From the NCBI GenBank assembly GCA_964416195.1, contig CAYQDB010000003.1:8555-72554 (forward strand): a stretch of DNA of 64,000 nt, in the 5' to 3' direction. Positions 34,997-45,004 of this stretch are shown here, piece after piece (position 1 is the first letter of the stretch; every line of letters begins with the position of its first letter). The notes under the pieces were generated by a model, which made no database searches, was not told the DNA's origin, and saw only the letters and a list, made by a program, of their open reading frames with translations. Position numbers and translations under genes: made by a program. The stretch comes from an uncultured Ignavibacteriales bacterium. GTDB taxonomy: Bacteria; Zixibacteria; MSB-5A5; GN15; FEB-12.

Positions 34997-36339
34997 AGTA
35001 TTCTGTGCTGGTAGTTGATGATGATGCTCTGGTCAGTGAGGTCCTTGTAGAAACTATCACCCGGGCTGGTTACGAGTGCTTTGCAGCCGGTTCGGGTGAA
35101 GAGGCGATGGCCAAGTTTGACGAGCGGTCGTTTGATATTGTTTTAAGCGACCTCAGGATGAAGGAAATGGATGGCCTGGTGCTCCTGAAAAACATCAAAA
35201 CGATCAGCCCTGAGACCGTCGTAATCATGATCACAGCCTTTGGAACGATAGAAAATGCTGTCAAGGCTATAAAGCAAGGGGCTTACGATTTTCTCTTGAA
35301 ACCGATTTTACCGGAAACGGTGGAGCATATTCTCAATCGCGTGACTGAGATTCTCAGGCTCAGGTCAGAGAATGAAATCCTTCGCAAGGACCTGACTAAC
35401 AGGTTTCATAATCTTATCGGCAAGTCCAAGGTGATGACGGAAGTATTCGATCTGATCCAGGCTGTGGCAGATGCCCGCTCAACAGTGATGATTACTGGCG
35501 CCTCCGGCACGGGCAAGGAATTGGTGGCTCGGGCGATTCATTACACTTCCAGCCGCAAGGAGGGTCCCTTCATCAAGTTGAACTGTGCTGCGTTGCCCGA
35601 GAACCTGGTAGAGGCAGAGTTGTTTGGTTACGAAAAGGGCGCTTTTACTGACGCGAAAAAGACCAACCGAGGGCGGTTTGAACTGGCTGACGGAGGTACC
35701 CTATTGCTTGATGAAATTTCGGAGATGCCCTTGAACTTGCAGTCCAAGTTGCTCCGGGTAATCCAGGAGCGGGAGTTTGAGCGAATCGGTTCCAGTACAA
35801 CCATTAAGGTTGACGTGCGGTTGATTGCCACCTCGAACCAGAACCTGAAGGAGGCAATCAGTAAGTCTCGCTTCCGCGAGGACCTGTTTTACCGGCTCAA
35901 CGTCATCCCGATTCACCTGACAACCCTGGAAGAGCGAACAGAAGACATCCCTCTTCTGGTTCGACACTTCATTGAGAGATACAACCATGAGAACAGCAAA
36001 ATGATCAAGGGAATTGACCAGGGGGCGCTGGGGCTCTTAATGAAGTACCACTGGCCGGGGAATGTCAGGGAGTTGGAGAACCTCGTTGAAAGAGCAGTAG
36101 TTACCAGCAAGCGTGAGCTTTTGAGCGAGGATGACTTCCCCGCCGATTTGGCCCTTGGTCGGGTCGCCGAGGCACTACCTGCTTTGCGGGTCCCCATGAG
36201 GCTTGAAGAGGGTAGCAAGTATCTCATCCTCAGAACCCTTGAGAAGTTCAACGGAAACAAGACCAAGGCAGCCGAAGCGCTGGGGATCACCACCAGGACT
36301 ATCAGGAACAAGCTGGCTGAATATCGGCTTGTCGAATAG
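34993..36339 (+). CDS. sigma54-dependent response regulator (NtrC/FlrC/FleR-like enhancer-binding protein)
   Basis: Receiver (LSDLRMKEMDG), AAA+ (GASGTGKE, GAFTDA variant of GAFTGA) and Fis-type HTH (AAEALGITTRTIRNKL). Confidence 0.9.
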   Translation: MKYSVLVVDDDALVSEVLVETITRAGYECFAAGSGEEAMAKFDERSFDIVLSDLRMKEMDGLVLLKNIKTISPETVVIMITAFGTIENAVKAIKQGAYDFLLKPILPETVEHILNRVTEILRLRSENEILRKDLTNRFHNLIGKSKVMTEVFDLIQAVADARSTVMITGASGTGKELVARAIHYTSSRKEGPFIKLNCAALPENLVEAELFGYEKGAFTDAKKTNRGRFELADGGTLLLDEISEMPLNLQSKLLRVIQEREFERIGSSTTIKVDVRLIATSNQNLKEAISKSRFREDLFYRLNVIPIHLTTLEERTEDIPLLVRHFIERYNHENSKMIKGIDQGALGLLMKYHWPGNVRELENLVERAVVTSKRELLSEDDFPADLALGRVAEALPALRVPMRLEEGSKYLILRTLEKFNGNKTKAAEALGITTRTIRNKLAEYRLVE

Positions 36340-36423
36340 TAGTCTCCGGCCAACCGGCCACTACCCTCCATTGCTCATTCCCTATCCAAAGCCGCTACAG
36401 CGGCTTCATAATACACTGCTTGT

Positions 36424-36431
36424 GCCGATAA
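36424..36431 (+). promoter_or_regulatory. possible sigma28 -10 element (GCCGATAA) upstream of motA
   Basis: Exact GCCGATAA lies 70 nt before the motA start. No convincing TAAA -35 at 15-nt spacing. Confidence 0.3.
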
Positions 36432-36500
36432 CAGATAGGAATGGCCTCCCTTTGGCCTGTGACACTAATTGACACATCGGAAACAAGGTGTTCGGTACCT

Positions 36501-37265
36501 ATGGACTTAGCCACTTTAATCGGTCTGATTGTTGCTTTTGGATCTGTTGGCAGCTCGTTTCTGCTGGAGGGAGGGCACCTTCATTCACTAATCCTGACGG
36601 CCCCGATGCTCATAGTGCTTGGCGGCACACTTGGTGCAACCACTGTGACTACTTCAATTCAGACCGTAGTGCATATCCCCCACTACCTGAAGGTTGTTGG
36701 CTTTGGCAAGACGTACCCCTTTAATGAGTCCATTGACGCCATCGTAGGGTTGGCAGAGAAAGCGCGACGGGAAGGTATCCTGGGTCTGGAAGCGGATCTC
36801 AAGACGATTACTGATCCTTTCCTCAGAAAAGCTATCCGTCTTGTTATAGATGGCACCGAAGTCACCGCCCTGCGCGAAATCCTTGAAACAGAAATCGCTT
36901 ACATTGAAGAGCGCCACAAGAGGGGGATAATCTTTTTTCAGAAGGCCGGGGGGTTTTCACCGACAATGGGAATTTTGGGTACTGTGCTGGCTCTTATTCA
37001 CGCTTTTGGCAATGTCTCGGACGCATCTGTGATGGCGACTAGGATTGCAAGTGCCTTCATAGCTACTCTTTGGGGGGTTGGCTTGGCCAACCTGTTTTTC
37101 CTGCCGGTATCCGACAAGCTGAGAATGCGCCACGAGGAGGAGATCGCCCACCTGGAACTGGTCATGGAGGGCGTGCTGGCCATACAATCCGGCGAAAATC
37201 CTCGCTATGTGCGGACCAGACTGCTTTCCTTCATTGCCCCCCGTAACCGTTATCATGAGGACTAA
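36501..37265 (+). CDS. motA: flagellar stator protein MotA
   Basis: ATG at 36501, MDLATLIGLIVAFGSV, four TM helices and a conserved C-terminal TM3/4 region. Confidence 0.9.
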   Translation: MDLATLIGLIVAFGSVGSSFLLEGGHLHSLILTAPMLIVLGGTLGATTVTTSIQTVVHIPHYLKVVGFGKTYPFNESIDAIVGLAEKARREGILGLEADLKTITDPFLRKAIRLVIDGTEVTALREILETEIAYIEERHKRGIIFFQKAGGFSPTMGILGTVLALIHAFGNVSDASVMATRIASAFIATLWGVGLANLFFLPVSDKLRMRHEEEIAHLELVMEGVLAIQSGENPRYVRTRLLSFIAPRNRYHED

Positions 37266-37268
37266 ACC

Positions 37269-38015
37269 TTGCGTCGTACACGGAAAAAACACGACTCCAA
37301 GGAAGACCTCGAACGCTGGCTTCTGACATACACCGATCTTGTTACTTTGCTGCTGGCGTTCTTTGTCGTGATGTACTCGATGTCGCAGATCGATGCCAAG
37401 AAATTTGGCAAGGTGGCTGAGGCCTTGCACGGGGCGTTGAGAGGGGGAGACAACCTATTATGGCGCGATGCCCGTGAGCAGAAAACAAAGGGGTATGGAT
37501 TGCTCAAGCTGGGCGACCTGCGCATGCTTCAGACAAAAATCGACGAGAAGTTCCAACATCTTGGGCAACAGGGTGAGGTACAGACTGAACTGACTGAACG
37601 CGGACTGGTGGTGCACATTCTTGAGTCAGCGCTTTTCAAAGAAGGTTCTGCAAAACTGCAGCTAAAGGCCATGGAACTCTTGGACATCGTATCCGACAGA
37701 ATCAAAAACATACCCAATCACATCCGTGTCGAGGGGCACACCGACGACCGTCCCATCAACACTGTCCGGTACCCCTCCAACTGGGAGCTCTCTTCTGCCC
37801 GCGCCACCGAGGTGGTGCGTTACTTTGTCAATAATCACTCAATACCTTCGGACAAAATATCAGCGCTCGGTTATGGTCAATACCGACCTATCCATCCTAA
37901 CAATTCGATAGAGAATAGAGCCTTCAATCGACGGGTCGATGTGGTCATTCTGACCATGGAATTATCAATGAAGGAACCTGGCTCGCAGATGTATTATCTG
38001 GCTAATAACGAGTAA
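37269..38015 (+). CDS. motB: flagellar stator protein MotB (OmpA-like)
   Basis: WLLTYTDLVTLLLAFFVVM plug/TM with the conserved Asp. OmpA-like C-terminus: EGHTDDRPI...NWELSSARA. Confidence 0.9.
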   Translation: MRRTRKKHDSKEDLERWLLTYTDLVTLLLAFFVVMYSMSQIDAKKFGKVAEALHGALRGGDNLLWRDAREQKTKGYGLLKLGDLRMLQTKIDEKFQHLGQQGEVQTELTERGLVVHILESALFKEGSAKLQLKAMELLDIVSDRIKNIPNHIRVEGHTDDRPINTVRYPSNWELSSARATEVVRYFVNNHSIPSDKISALGYGQYRPIHPNNSIENRAFNRRVDVVILTMELSMKEPGSQMYYLANNE

Positions 38016-38132
38016 TCTCTTCTCAGCCCTGACGGAAATCATTTCCCTTCTCTTTTCTTGCGACTCCCGTAGCTATCCGGGAAGCGGGCGTAAGTCGCTG
38101 TTGCGCAAGATAATTGAAGCCGCTGCCAGTTA

Positions 38133-38148
38133 TGGCATCGGGGTTGCT
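38133..38148 (+). promoter_or_regulatory. sigma54 promoter (TGGCAT-N5-TTGCT) upstream of flgB
   Basis: TGGCATcggggTTGCT matches the -24/-12 consensus TGGCAC-N5-TTGCW with one substitution, about 40 nt before flgB. Confidence 0.6.
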
Positions 38149-38185
38149 TTGCAGCAAAGTGAGTAAGTGTAAGTGAGTGTATACT

Positions 38186-38605
38186 ATGCCGAACAAATTA
38201 ACACAGTTCATGTTCGACCGGATTGGGTTACCAACCTTCGGTAAGTACTTAGACCTGGCTGCGCTTCGTCATAAGCTGATCAGCGGTAATATTGCCAATG
38301 CTTCCACTCCTGGTTACCAGAGGCGCGACATTGATTTCCAGGCAGAGTTTGAGAAAATGACCGGCAAATCCTGCGGTATGGTCGGTAAACTAACCCACTG
38401 CAGCCATATTCCCCTTGGGAATAATACGAAAAAACCTCACGATATTGATATTAATGAGGCTAAGATTGCCGATGGCGACATGAACTCCGTGGATATTGAC
38501 CATGAGGTTGCTACTCTCGCAAAGAACGAGTTGTTGTTTTCTGTCGGAGCCCGACTGCTCCAGAAGAAACTCGGCAGTCTCAAGCATGCGATTACAAGCA
38601 AATAA
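38186..38605 (+). CDS. flgB: flagellar basal-body rod protein FlgB
   Basis: ISGNIANASTPGYQRRD rod-protein motif. Start is ATG 38186 or GTG 38177. Confidence 0.85.
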   Translation: MPNKLTQFMFDRIGLPTFGKYLDLAALRHKLISGNIANASTPGYQRRDIDFQAEFEKMTGKSCGMVGKLTHCSHIPLGNNTKKPHDIDINEAKIADGDMNSVDIDHEVATLAKNELLFSVGARLLQKKLGSLKHAITSK

Positions 38606-38616
38606 AAGGATAATGT

Positions 38617-39111
38617 ATGGCCGGTATTCTAAGCGCGATTGAGATTTCGTCACAGGGCTTATCCGTTCAGCGAGCCAAGATGAACACTGTTGCTGAGAAC
38701 ATCGCTAACGCGGAGACAACCGAAACGGAAACAGGCGGCCCCTACCGGCGCAAACGGATTGTGGTCAATGAAGACAAGGTTAAAGGGACCTTCAGTTCGC
38801 TGGTCAAGGAGGCCGGCCTCCGTTTGTTGCGAACAAGTCAGCGGCATCTTGGAGTCAGGCCACATCGTACTGGAGGCGACATTGAGCTTTCGACAGTGAC
38901 CGCCAAGGAGATTGCCGATCCTGACTCCAGCTTTCGGTTGGTGTATGATCCCTCTCACCCTGAGGCTGATGAGGAAGGCTATGTAAAGATGCCTGACATT
39001 GAAGTAATCAACGAGATGGTCGATATGATGGCTGCCTCACGAGCTTATGAAGCAAACACTGTGGCTATCTCCGCAGCCAAGAATATGGCGAAAAATGCTC
39101 TGGACATATAG
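38617..39111 (+). CDS. flgC: flagellar basal-body rod protein FlgC
   Basis: VAENIANAETT....PYRRK and C-terminal EMVDMMAASRAYEANTVAI. Confidence 0.9.
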   Translation: MAGILSAIEISSQGLSVQRAKMNTVAENIANAETTETETGGPYRRKRIVVNEDKVKGTFSSLVKEAGLRLLRTSQRHLGVRPHRTGGDIELSTVTAKEIADPDSSFRLVYDPSHPEADEEGYVKMPDIEVINEMVDMMAASRAYEANTVAISAAKNMAKNALDI

Positions 39112-39130
39112 CTGAGGTAAGGACAGACAG

Positions 39131-39460
39131 ATGAAAATCAATCCCATAGGTATTCAATCATATCAACAACTGGAACGCCGTGACTTACCGACAGAGTCAA
39201 CCACCGATAGCAGGGGACTGCCCGAGGGCGAACCTTCGGTAACGATTTCACCACAGGATACCGAAACAAGCCCCCGGCTTGCCGTCCAAGCCCCCTTGGG
39301 CGACTACGCAGAGTTTCTAACCCCGGAGGAGAGAGGTGCGCTGGAACTCCTGTTTCATCGGTTCCGCGATCCAGCTCGCTTGGGGCCCGCCTACCGGAAA
39401 GAAGCTGGTACCTCAGGTGAAAACGCGACAGTGGGCCACATTATTGATGTGAAGGTGTGA
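39131..39460 (+). CDS. hypothetical protein embedded between flgC and fliE
   Basis: 109 aa, Pro/Glu/Thr-rich. The N-terminus MKINPIGIQSYQQ resembles the start of Bacillus FlgM, but the sigma28-binding C-terminus is absent. Confidence 0.5.
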   Translation: MKINPIGIQSYQQLERRDLPTESTTDSRGLPEGEPSVTISPQDTETSPRLAVQAPLGDYAEFLTPEERGALELLFHRFRDPARLGPAYRKEAGTSGENATVGHIIDVKV

Positions 39461-39462
39461 AA

Positions 39463-39783
39463 ATGACAACGCCCCTTGTAAACGTGAACCATCTTCTGGC
39501 CGGCGTGGTGCAACGAGTCGGCCAGCAGCAAGTGAATGAGGTTCAGTCCGAAACCAAAACGGAGGGGAGTTTCACCGATCTGTTCTCAGACTTGGTCAAC
39601 TCGGTTAATGACCTGCACAAGGAGTCGGCTCAGATACAGGATGCCTTTCTATCCGGTGAGCCGGTGGAGTTGCATCAGGTTATGATCAAAGCGGAAGAGG
39701 CCGGTCTGGCGACAGAGCTGCTTCTTGAGATCCGCAACCGGGTTGTGGAGGCCTGCAAGGAATTGCTGCGAATGCCTATGTAA
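39463..39783 (+). CDS. fliE: flagellar hook-basal body complex protein FliE
   Basis: FTDLFSDLVNSVNDL......F..GE.VELHQVMI..EEA...L.L..E(I)RN(R)VVEA(C)KE(L)LRM. Start is ATG 39463 or GTG 39457. Confidence 0.85.
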   Translation: MTTPLVNVNHLLAGVVQRVGQQQVNEVQSETKTEGSFTDLFSDLVNSVNDLHKESAQIQDAFLSGEPVELHQVMIKAEEAGLATELLLEIRNRVVEACKELLRMPM

Positions 39784-39841
39784 AACAGCGCCGTTTGTAT
39801 TTGTAACCATGGATGGTCGGGTGCAGTAAATAGGAATTAAC

Positions 39842-41398
39842 ATGGAAAGAATCAAAGCGTTCTTCAAGAATGTAACAGAGTATATCGGCAGAATGACCCC
39901 CAGCCAGGTCATGATGCTGCTGGGGATCGTCGCCGGAACCCTCGTGGGGATTTTCTTTGTTGTCGGTTGGGTCAATGATAATACCTATTCCCTTCTCTAT
40001 TCCAATCTCGATGAAAGCGAAGCCGGTGATGTAATATCTTACCTGAACGACAACGGTATTTCCTACCAACTGAAGGATGGCGGACGGACAGTTTCGATCC
40101 CTGCCGATGAAGTGTACAAGACCCGCATCGCCCTTGCCTCGGAAGGCCTTCCACGATCGGGGACTGTCGGGTATTCGATATTCGACCAGAACAACCTTGG
40201 GATGACGGACTTCCTGCTCAACCTCAATTTCCGTCGGGCTCTGGAGGGAGAGTTAACTCGGACGATAATGCAGCTAAGCGAGGTGGATGCAGCTCGCGTG
40301 CACATTGTGATCCCCAAGGATCGGCTGTTTAAGGAGGACAAGAAGGAAGCCACCGCGTCCGTGGTCTTAAAGCTGAAAAGTGGCGGAGGTCTTTCCAAGC
40401 GCCAGGTCTCCGGCATTACCCACCTGGTGGCGTCCTCGGTGGAAGGGTTGACTCCCGACAACATTACGGTAGTCGATTATGATGGCAATCTTCTTTCCTC
40501 GGGCCAGCGCTCAGATCCAATTGCCGGCCTCAGCGCTAATCAACTGGAAGTGCGGCAGCAAGTGGAGAATTATCTTGAACACAAGGCGCAAACGATGCTG
40601 GATGATGTTCTTGGCAACAGTAAGTCGGTAATCCGCGTGACGGCGGATCTCAACTTCCAGCAACTGGAGAAAACCTCGGAACTATACGACCCGAACACGC
40701 CCTCTATACGCAGTGAGGAGCGGGTAACGTCGTCAAATAAGACGTCAGACAAGCAAGACGAGTCAACCGAGAGCCAGGAGGACGGTAATTCCGAAAGCAT
40801 CGTTACTAACTATGAGTTGAACAAGTCTGTTGAGCATATTATAAACGCGGTGGGATCGATAGAGCGCCTGTCTGTGGCGGTTATGGTTGATGGTATTTAC
40901 TCGCCTGTTGAAAACGACAAGGGCGAAACGGAGCTGGTCTACCAGCCGCGCGGCCAGGAGGAGCTCGATCGGCTGGCAGCAATTGTCAAGAACGCCGTGG
41001 GTTTCGATCAGCAAAGAAACGACCAGATTGAGATGGTCAATATCGCTTTCGACCGTCAAAACCTGGAACAGGAGAGACAACTCCTGGACTCCATGTACAT
41101 GCGGGATTTCTACCTCCAGATTGCTAAGAAGATTGGCTATGTTGTTCTCTTTGTTCTCCTCTTTTTATATCTCAGAAAGAAGTCTAAGAAGTTGTTCACC
41201 GCGCTGGCGAAATTAGTACCGCCTTCTCGCATGTCCCCGCAGCCGCCGACTTCTGCTGAGCAACTTGGGGCGAGTCCCATGGCCAAACACGTTGTTCCTG
41301 AGAAACGCCAGCCACGTCTTGTTGACGAGATGCAGGAAGCGGCAAAAGGGGAGCCGGAGGAGATTGCCAGAGTAATAAAGACCATGATGATCGAGTAA
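39842..41398 (+). CDS. fliF: flagellar M-ring protein FliF
   Basis: 518 aa, two TM helices and conserved YSNL....A..V...L...GI.Y. Confidence 0.9.
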   Translation: MERIKAFFKNVTEYIGRMTPSQVMMLLGIVAGTLVGIFFVVGWVNDNTYSLLYSNLDESEAGDVISYLNDNGISYQLKDGGRTVSIPADEVYKTRIALASEGLPRSGTVGYSIFDQNNLGMTDFLLNLNFRRALEGELTRTIMQLSEVDAARVHIVIPKDRLFKEDKKEATASVVLKLKSGGGLSKRQVSGITHLVASSVEGLTPDNITVVDYDGNLLSSGQRSDPIAGLSANQLEVRQQVENYLEHKAQTMLDDVLGNSKSVIRVTADLNFQQLEKTSELYDPNTPSIRSEERVTSSNKTSDKQDESTESQEDGNSESIVTNYELNKSVEHIINAVGSIERLSVAVMVDGIYSPVENDKGETELVYQPRGQEELDRLAAIVKNAVGFDQQRNDQIEMVNIAFDRQNLEQERQLLDSMYMRDFYLQIAKKIGYVVLFVLLFLYLRKKSKKLFTALAKLVPPSRMSPQPPTSAEQLGASPMAKHVVPEKRQPRLVDEMQEAAKGEPEEIARVIKTMMIE

Positions 41399-41404
41399 GT
41401 TGCC

Positions 41405-42415
41405 ATGGATTTTGAGCAAATGACCCCCATTCAGAAGGCGGCTGTCGCACTGGTTGCTTTTGGTCCGGAAGTTTCGGCGCATGTCCTCAAGGGATTGCCC
41501 GAGGAAGATATTGAGAAACTTACCGTTGAGATCGCCGGTATGCGTGACGTACCAATAGAAGTAGAAGATAAGGTTATAGAAGAATGTTACCAGATTTTCA
41601 TGGCCCGTCAGTATATATCTCAGGGCGGTGTTGACTTCGCTCGGGAGATACTCGAAAAAGCCGTCGGTCTCGAAAAAGCCAAAGAGATTATGGGTCGCCT
41701 GGAGTCGTCTATCAAGTCCACCGGTTTCTCTCTCCTTAAGGATATTGACCCTAAACAGCTAACCAGTTTTCTGCAGAATGAACATCCACAAACTATTTCG
41801 CTAATTCTCACTCAGCTTTCACCGCAGCATGCAGCCGCGATCCTGGCGGAACTGACACCGGAGTTGCAGGCTGAAGTATCCCTTCGTGTCGCCACTATGG
41901 AAAAGATCGCGCCTGAGATTCTTGGGGAGATCGAACAGACGCTACAAGGCCATTTTGAGCAGTCAACAGGTGCCGGAGTGACAGCATCCGGGGGAGCCAA
42001 AGCGGTGGCGGAAATACTGAACCTTATTGATGCCACAGCGGAAAAGAACATCCTGCAATCCCTGGAAGCCGAAGACCCCGACCTTGCCGCTGAAGTCAAG
42101 AATATGATGTTCGTCTTTGACGACATTACGTTGCTTGATGACCGTTCGATCCAGCGTCTGCTCAAGGATGTGGAGACGAAAGACCTTGCTATCGCACTGA
42201 AGGCGGCCAGCGAGGAAGTGAAAGGGAAAATCTTTGCCAACGTGTCGGAGCGAGTGGCGGTAATGATCAAAGAGGAAATGGAATTCATGGGTCCGACACG
42301 TCTTTCCGATGTTGAGGCTGCCCAGAGCCGCATCGTCGAATCGGTGCGCCGCCTGGAAGAAGAAGGTCAGATTATCGTAGCCGGGCGGGGAGGCAAAGAG
42401 GAAATTATTGTCTAA
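41405..42415 (+). CDS. fliG: flagellar motor switch protein FliG
   Basis: 336 aa with HPQTISLIL, MFVFDDI and RLEEEGQI. Confidence 0.95.
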   Translation: MDFEQMTPIQKAAVALVAFGPEVSAHVLKGLPEEDIEKLTVEIAGMRDVPIEVEDKVIEECYQIFMARQYISQGGVDFAREILEKAVGLEKAKEIMGRLESSIKSTGFSLLKDIDPKQLTSFLQNEHPQTISLILTQLSPQHAAAILAELTPELQAEVSLRVATMEKIAPEILGEIEQTLQGHFEQSTGAGVTASGGAKAVAEILNLIDATAEKNILQSLEAEDPDLAAEVKNMMFVFDDITLLDDRSIQRLLKDVETKDLAIALKAASEEVKGKIFANVSERVAVMIKEEMEFMGPTRLSDVEAAQSRIVESVRRLEEEGQIIVAGRGGKEEIIV

Positions 42416-43121
42416 GCTCATCCGACATACCACCCAGGCTCCCACGGTGTACATCGGGGGGAAGCATCTTGACTTTGAAAGAGAGGCGCTGGCCGAACGG
42501 AAACTCGGTAGTATCTTTCCATTGGTTTCAATTGTTACCGACCCCGACGGCGCTAAGCTGATCCCGATTCAAGAGGTGTTCAAGATAGAAGGGGTATATG
42601 AAGATGAGACGCGCCAGGCGCGCCAGGCGGGGTACGATGAAGGTTACCGGACAGGTTTGAACCAGGGACGGGCCGAGGGACGGGCCGAGGCGGAAAAGGT
42701 TTTGCAGCAGTTTAACCAGGCCATCACGGACGCCGTGCAACAGCGAGAAATACTTCTTAGTGAGGCAAAACAGAAAGTACTTGATCTGGTCATTCAGATA
42801 AGTCGCAAGGTGACCTTCGACGCTGTTACTGTCGACCCGGAGTCGACACTGGCCACGATCAGCGGCGTGATTGATACCCTGATAGATCGCTCGAAGCTGA
42901 AAATCAGAGTCAACCCCAATCATCTCCCGATTGTTGAGCAGAATATTGAGCGTTTTGTGGCAGGTTCGGTAACCATCAAAGAAATATCAATTGAACCTGA
43001 TCCTCGTGTCCGCTATGGAGGCTGCCTGATCGAAACACCGACCGGCGATATCGATGCTCGCCTGGAATCACAGCTCGAGGTTATCGAGGAGATGATTCTG
43101 TCGGACGAGGAACGGCCGTGA
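42408..43121 (+). CDS. fliH: flagellar assembly protein FliH
   Basis: GYDEGYRTGLNQGRAEGRAEAE and position between fliG and fliI. TTG start. Confidence 0.8.
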   Translation: MSKLIRHTTQAPTVYIGGKHLDFEREALAERKLGSIFPLVSIVTDPDGAKLIPIQEVFKIEGVYEDETRQARQAGYDEGYRTGLNQGRAEGRAEAEKVLQQFNQAITDAVQQREILLSEAKQKVLDLVIQISRKVTFDAVTVDPESTLATISGVIDTLIDRSKLKIRVNPNHLPIVEQNIERFVAGSVTIKEISIEPDPRVRYGGCLIETPTGDIDARLESQLEVIEEMILSDEERP

Positions 43122-44458
43122 GCCTTATCGCCTATGATGTCTATGCCGAGCGGATCAAGAGCGCCAGGACAATCACGCACTTCGGCAAAGTAACCCAGGT
43201 GATCGGGCTGGTCATAGAATCGGCTGGGCCGGCTGTCTCAATTGGTCGGCTCTGCAATATAGAGAATTGTGAAACCGGCAATAAAGTAATGGCAGAGGTG
43301 GTTGGTTTTCGTGACGACCGTATCCTGTTGATGCCCCTAGGGCCGATTTTCGGAATCACGCCGGGAGGTATCGTTACCTCGACTTCTGAGCAACTGCGTA
43401 TTCCCGTAGGCACCGAGCTTATCGGTCGTGTGCTGGGCGGCTTGTGTCAACCAATCGACGGCAAGGGTCCGATATTGACTAACGTTACCCGCCCCATAAA
43501 CGCCCAGCCGATTCCAGCCCTCAGGCGAAAGCGAATCACCGAGCCGCTGCTAACAGGAATCAGGGCAGTCGACCTTACGACGGCTGTTGGCAAAGGTCAG
43601 CGCCTGGGCATTTTCTCAGGGTCCGGTGTGGGGAAGTCGATCATGTTAGGTATGATGGCGCGTGGATCTTCGGCTGATGTCAATGTCGTTGCTCTGGTTG
43701 GGGAACGGGGGAGAGAGGTTCGCCAGTTTATCGAGACCGACCTCGGCCCGGAAGGCATGAAAAGGACGGTTGTGGTTGCGGTTACCTCTGATCAACCGTC
43801 GTTAATTCGGATCAAGGGAGCTCTTGCCGCCACCACCATTGCCGAGTATTTCCGTGATCAGGGGAAAGATGTCCTGCTTTTGATGGATTCTCTCACCCGC
43901 ATAGCAATGGCCCAGCGTGAAATCGGCATTGCTGTCGGTGAACCGCCCACAACAAAAGGATACACCCCATCCGTTTTTGCCCTTCTTCCCAGATTGCTGG
44001 AAAGAGCCGGATATACGGAGGTAGGATCGATCACCGGTTTATATACGGTGTTGGTGGAGGGGGATGACTTCAACGAACCGATATCAGACGCCGTCCGATC
44101 TATTCTCGATGGTCATGTTACTCTCTCCCGGAGACTGGCCTCGTTGAATCAGTACCCAGCGGTTGACATCCTTGACTCCATCAGCCGTTTGATGGTTGAT
44201 GTATGTACTGACGAGCAGGTAGCGCTGGCAGGGCAGCTACGGGAGCTGGTTTCGGTCTACCGGGAAGCTGAAGATTTGATCAACATCGGCGCCTACGTCA
44301 AAGGCTCCAGCCCCAAAATCGACAGAGCCATTTCGAAGATTGACGAGATAAATGCTTTTTTCCGACAGGGAATAAACGAGCTGGCTGATTACGAGGAGTC
44401 GTTTCGGCAGTTACAGGCCATCATGGAAGATGAACCGCCACCATGTGCAAAAGAATGA
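43118..44458 (+). CDS. fliI: flagellum-specific ATPase FliI
   Basis: Walker A GSGVGKS. F1/T3SS ATPase signature throughout. Confidence 0.95.
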   Translation: MSLIAYDVYAERIKSARTITHFGKVTQVIGLVIESAGPAVSIGRLCNIENCETGNKVMAEVVGFRDDRILLMPLGPIFGITPGGIVTSTSEQLRIPVGTELIGRVLGGLCQPIDGKGPILTNVTRPINAQPIPALRRKRITEPLLTGIRAVDLTTAVGKGQRLGIFSGSGVGKSIMLGMMARGSSADVNVVALVGERGREVRQFIETDLGPEGMKRTVVVAVTSDQPSLIRIKGALAATTIAEYFRDQGKDVLLLMDSLTRIAMAQREIGIAVGEPPTTKGYTPSVFALLPRLLERAGYTEVGSITGLYTVLVEGDDFNEPISDAVRSILDGHVTLSRRLASLNQYPAVDILDSISRLMVDVCTDEQVALAGQLRELVSVYREAEDLINIGAYVKGSSPKIDRAISKIDEINAFFRQGINELADYEESFRQLQAIMEDEPPPCAKE

Positions 44459-44467
44459 TATAACCAC

Positions 44468-44914
44468 ATGAAAAAGTTCAAATACCGCCTCGAATCTCTG
44501 CTTAAGGCAAAAGAACACATCGAAAAGGAAAAGCAGAAGCAACATGCCGGCGCCTTGCAGCAAGTCAACAACCAGCAACAGGCTCTAAAACAAATCGACC
44601 AAAATAAAACGACGACCCTTTCCAAACAATGCAATGGAATGATCGGCTCGATGTCGGTAGCTGAAATGCTCATTTATTCTCGGTATATTCTCAAGCTAAA
44701 GCGTGATATGCTCGCCGGCAGTGAATTGTTAAAGGCTCTTAACAAAACTGAGGGGGAAAAGCGAGAAGCTTTGGTGGAAGCGTCAAGGGAACGCAAGGTG
44801 TACGAGAAATTGAAGGAACGTCGCCACGAGCAATTCAACGAGTCTGTACGGTTGCAGACCGCCAAAGAAAACGATGAAATCGCCCTCAACAGCTACCGTC
44901 TGAAAAGAGATTAG
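44468..44914 (+). CDS. fliJ: flagellar export chaperone FliJ
   Basis: 148-aa coiled coil starting MKKFKYRLESLL, downstream of fliI. Confidence 0.75.
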   Translation: MKKFKYRLESLLKAKEHIEKEKQKQHAGALQQVNNQQQALKQIDQNKTTTLSKQCNGMIGSMSVAEMLIYSRYILKLKRDMLAGSELLKALNKTEGEKREALVEASRERKVYEKLKERRHEQFNESVRLQTAKENDEIALNSYRLKRD

Positions 44915-45004
44915 CTCCCTCTATTCTGCAAAAGCGGTAAAAATTGAGTCTTCTGCCCCGATTTTGAAACTACCACGAGATTTGCGCCAGCCATAAAAAG
45001 CTTA

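Noticed and set aside
39810-39825. sigma54-like element TGGATG-N5-GTGCA upstream of fliF
   Set aside because: The -24 box is degenerate, and the element ends only 16 nt before the fliF ATG. That leaves no room for a leader with an RBS. fliF is more likely co-transcribed with flgBC-fliE.
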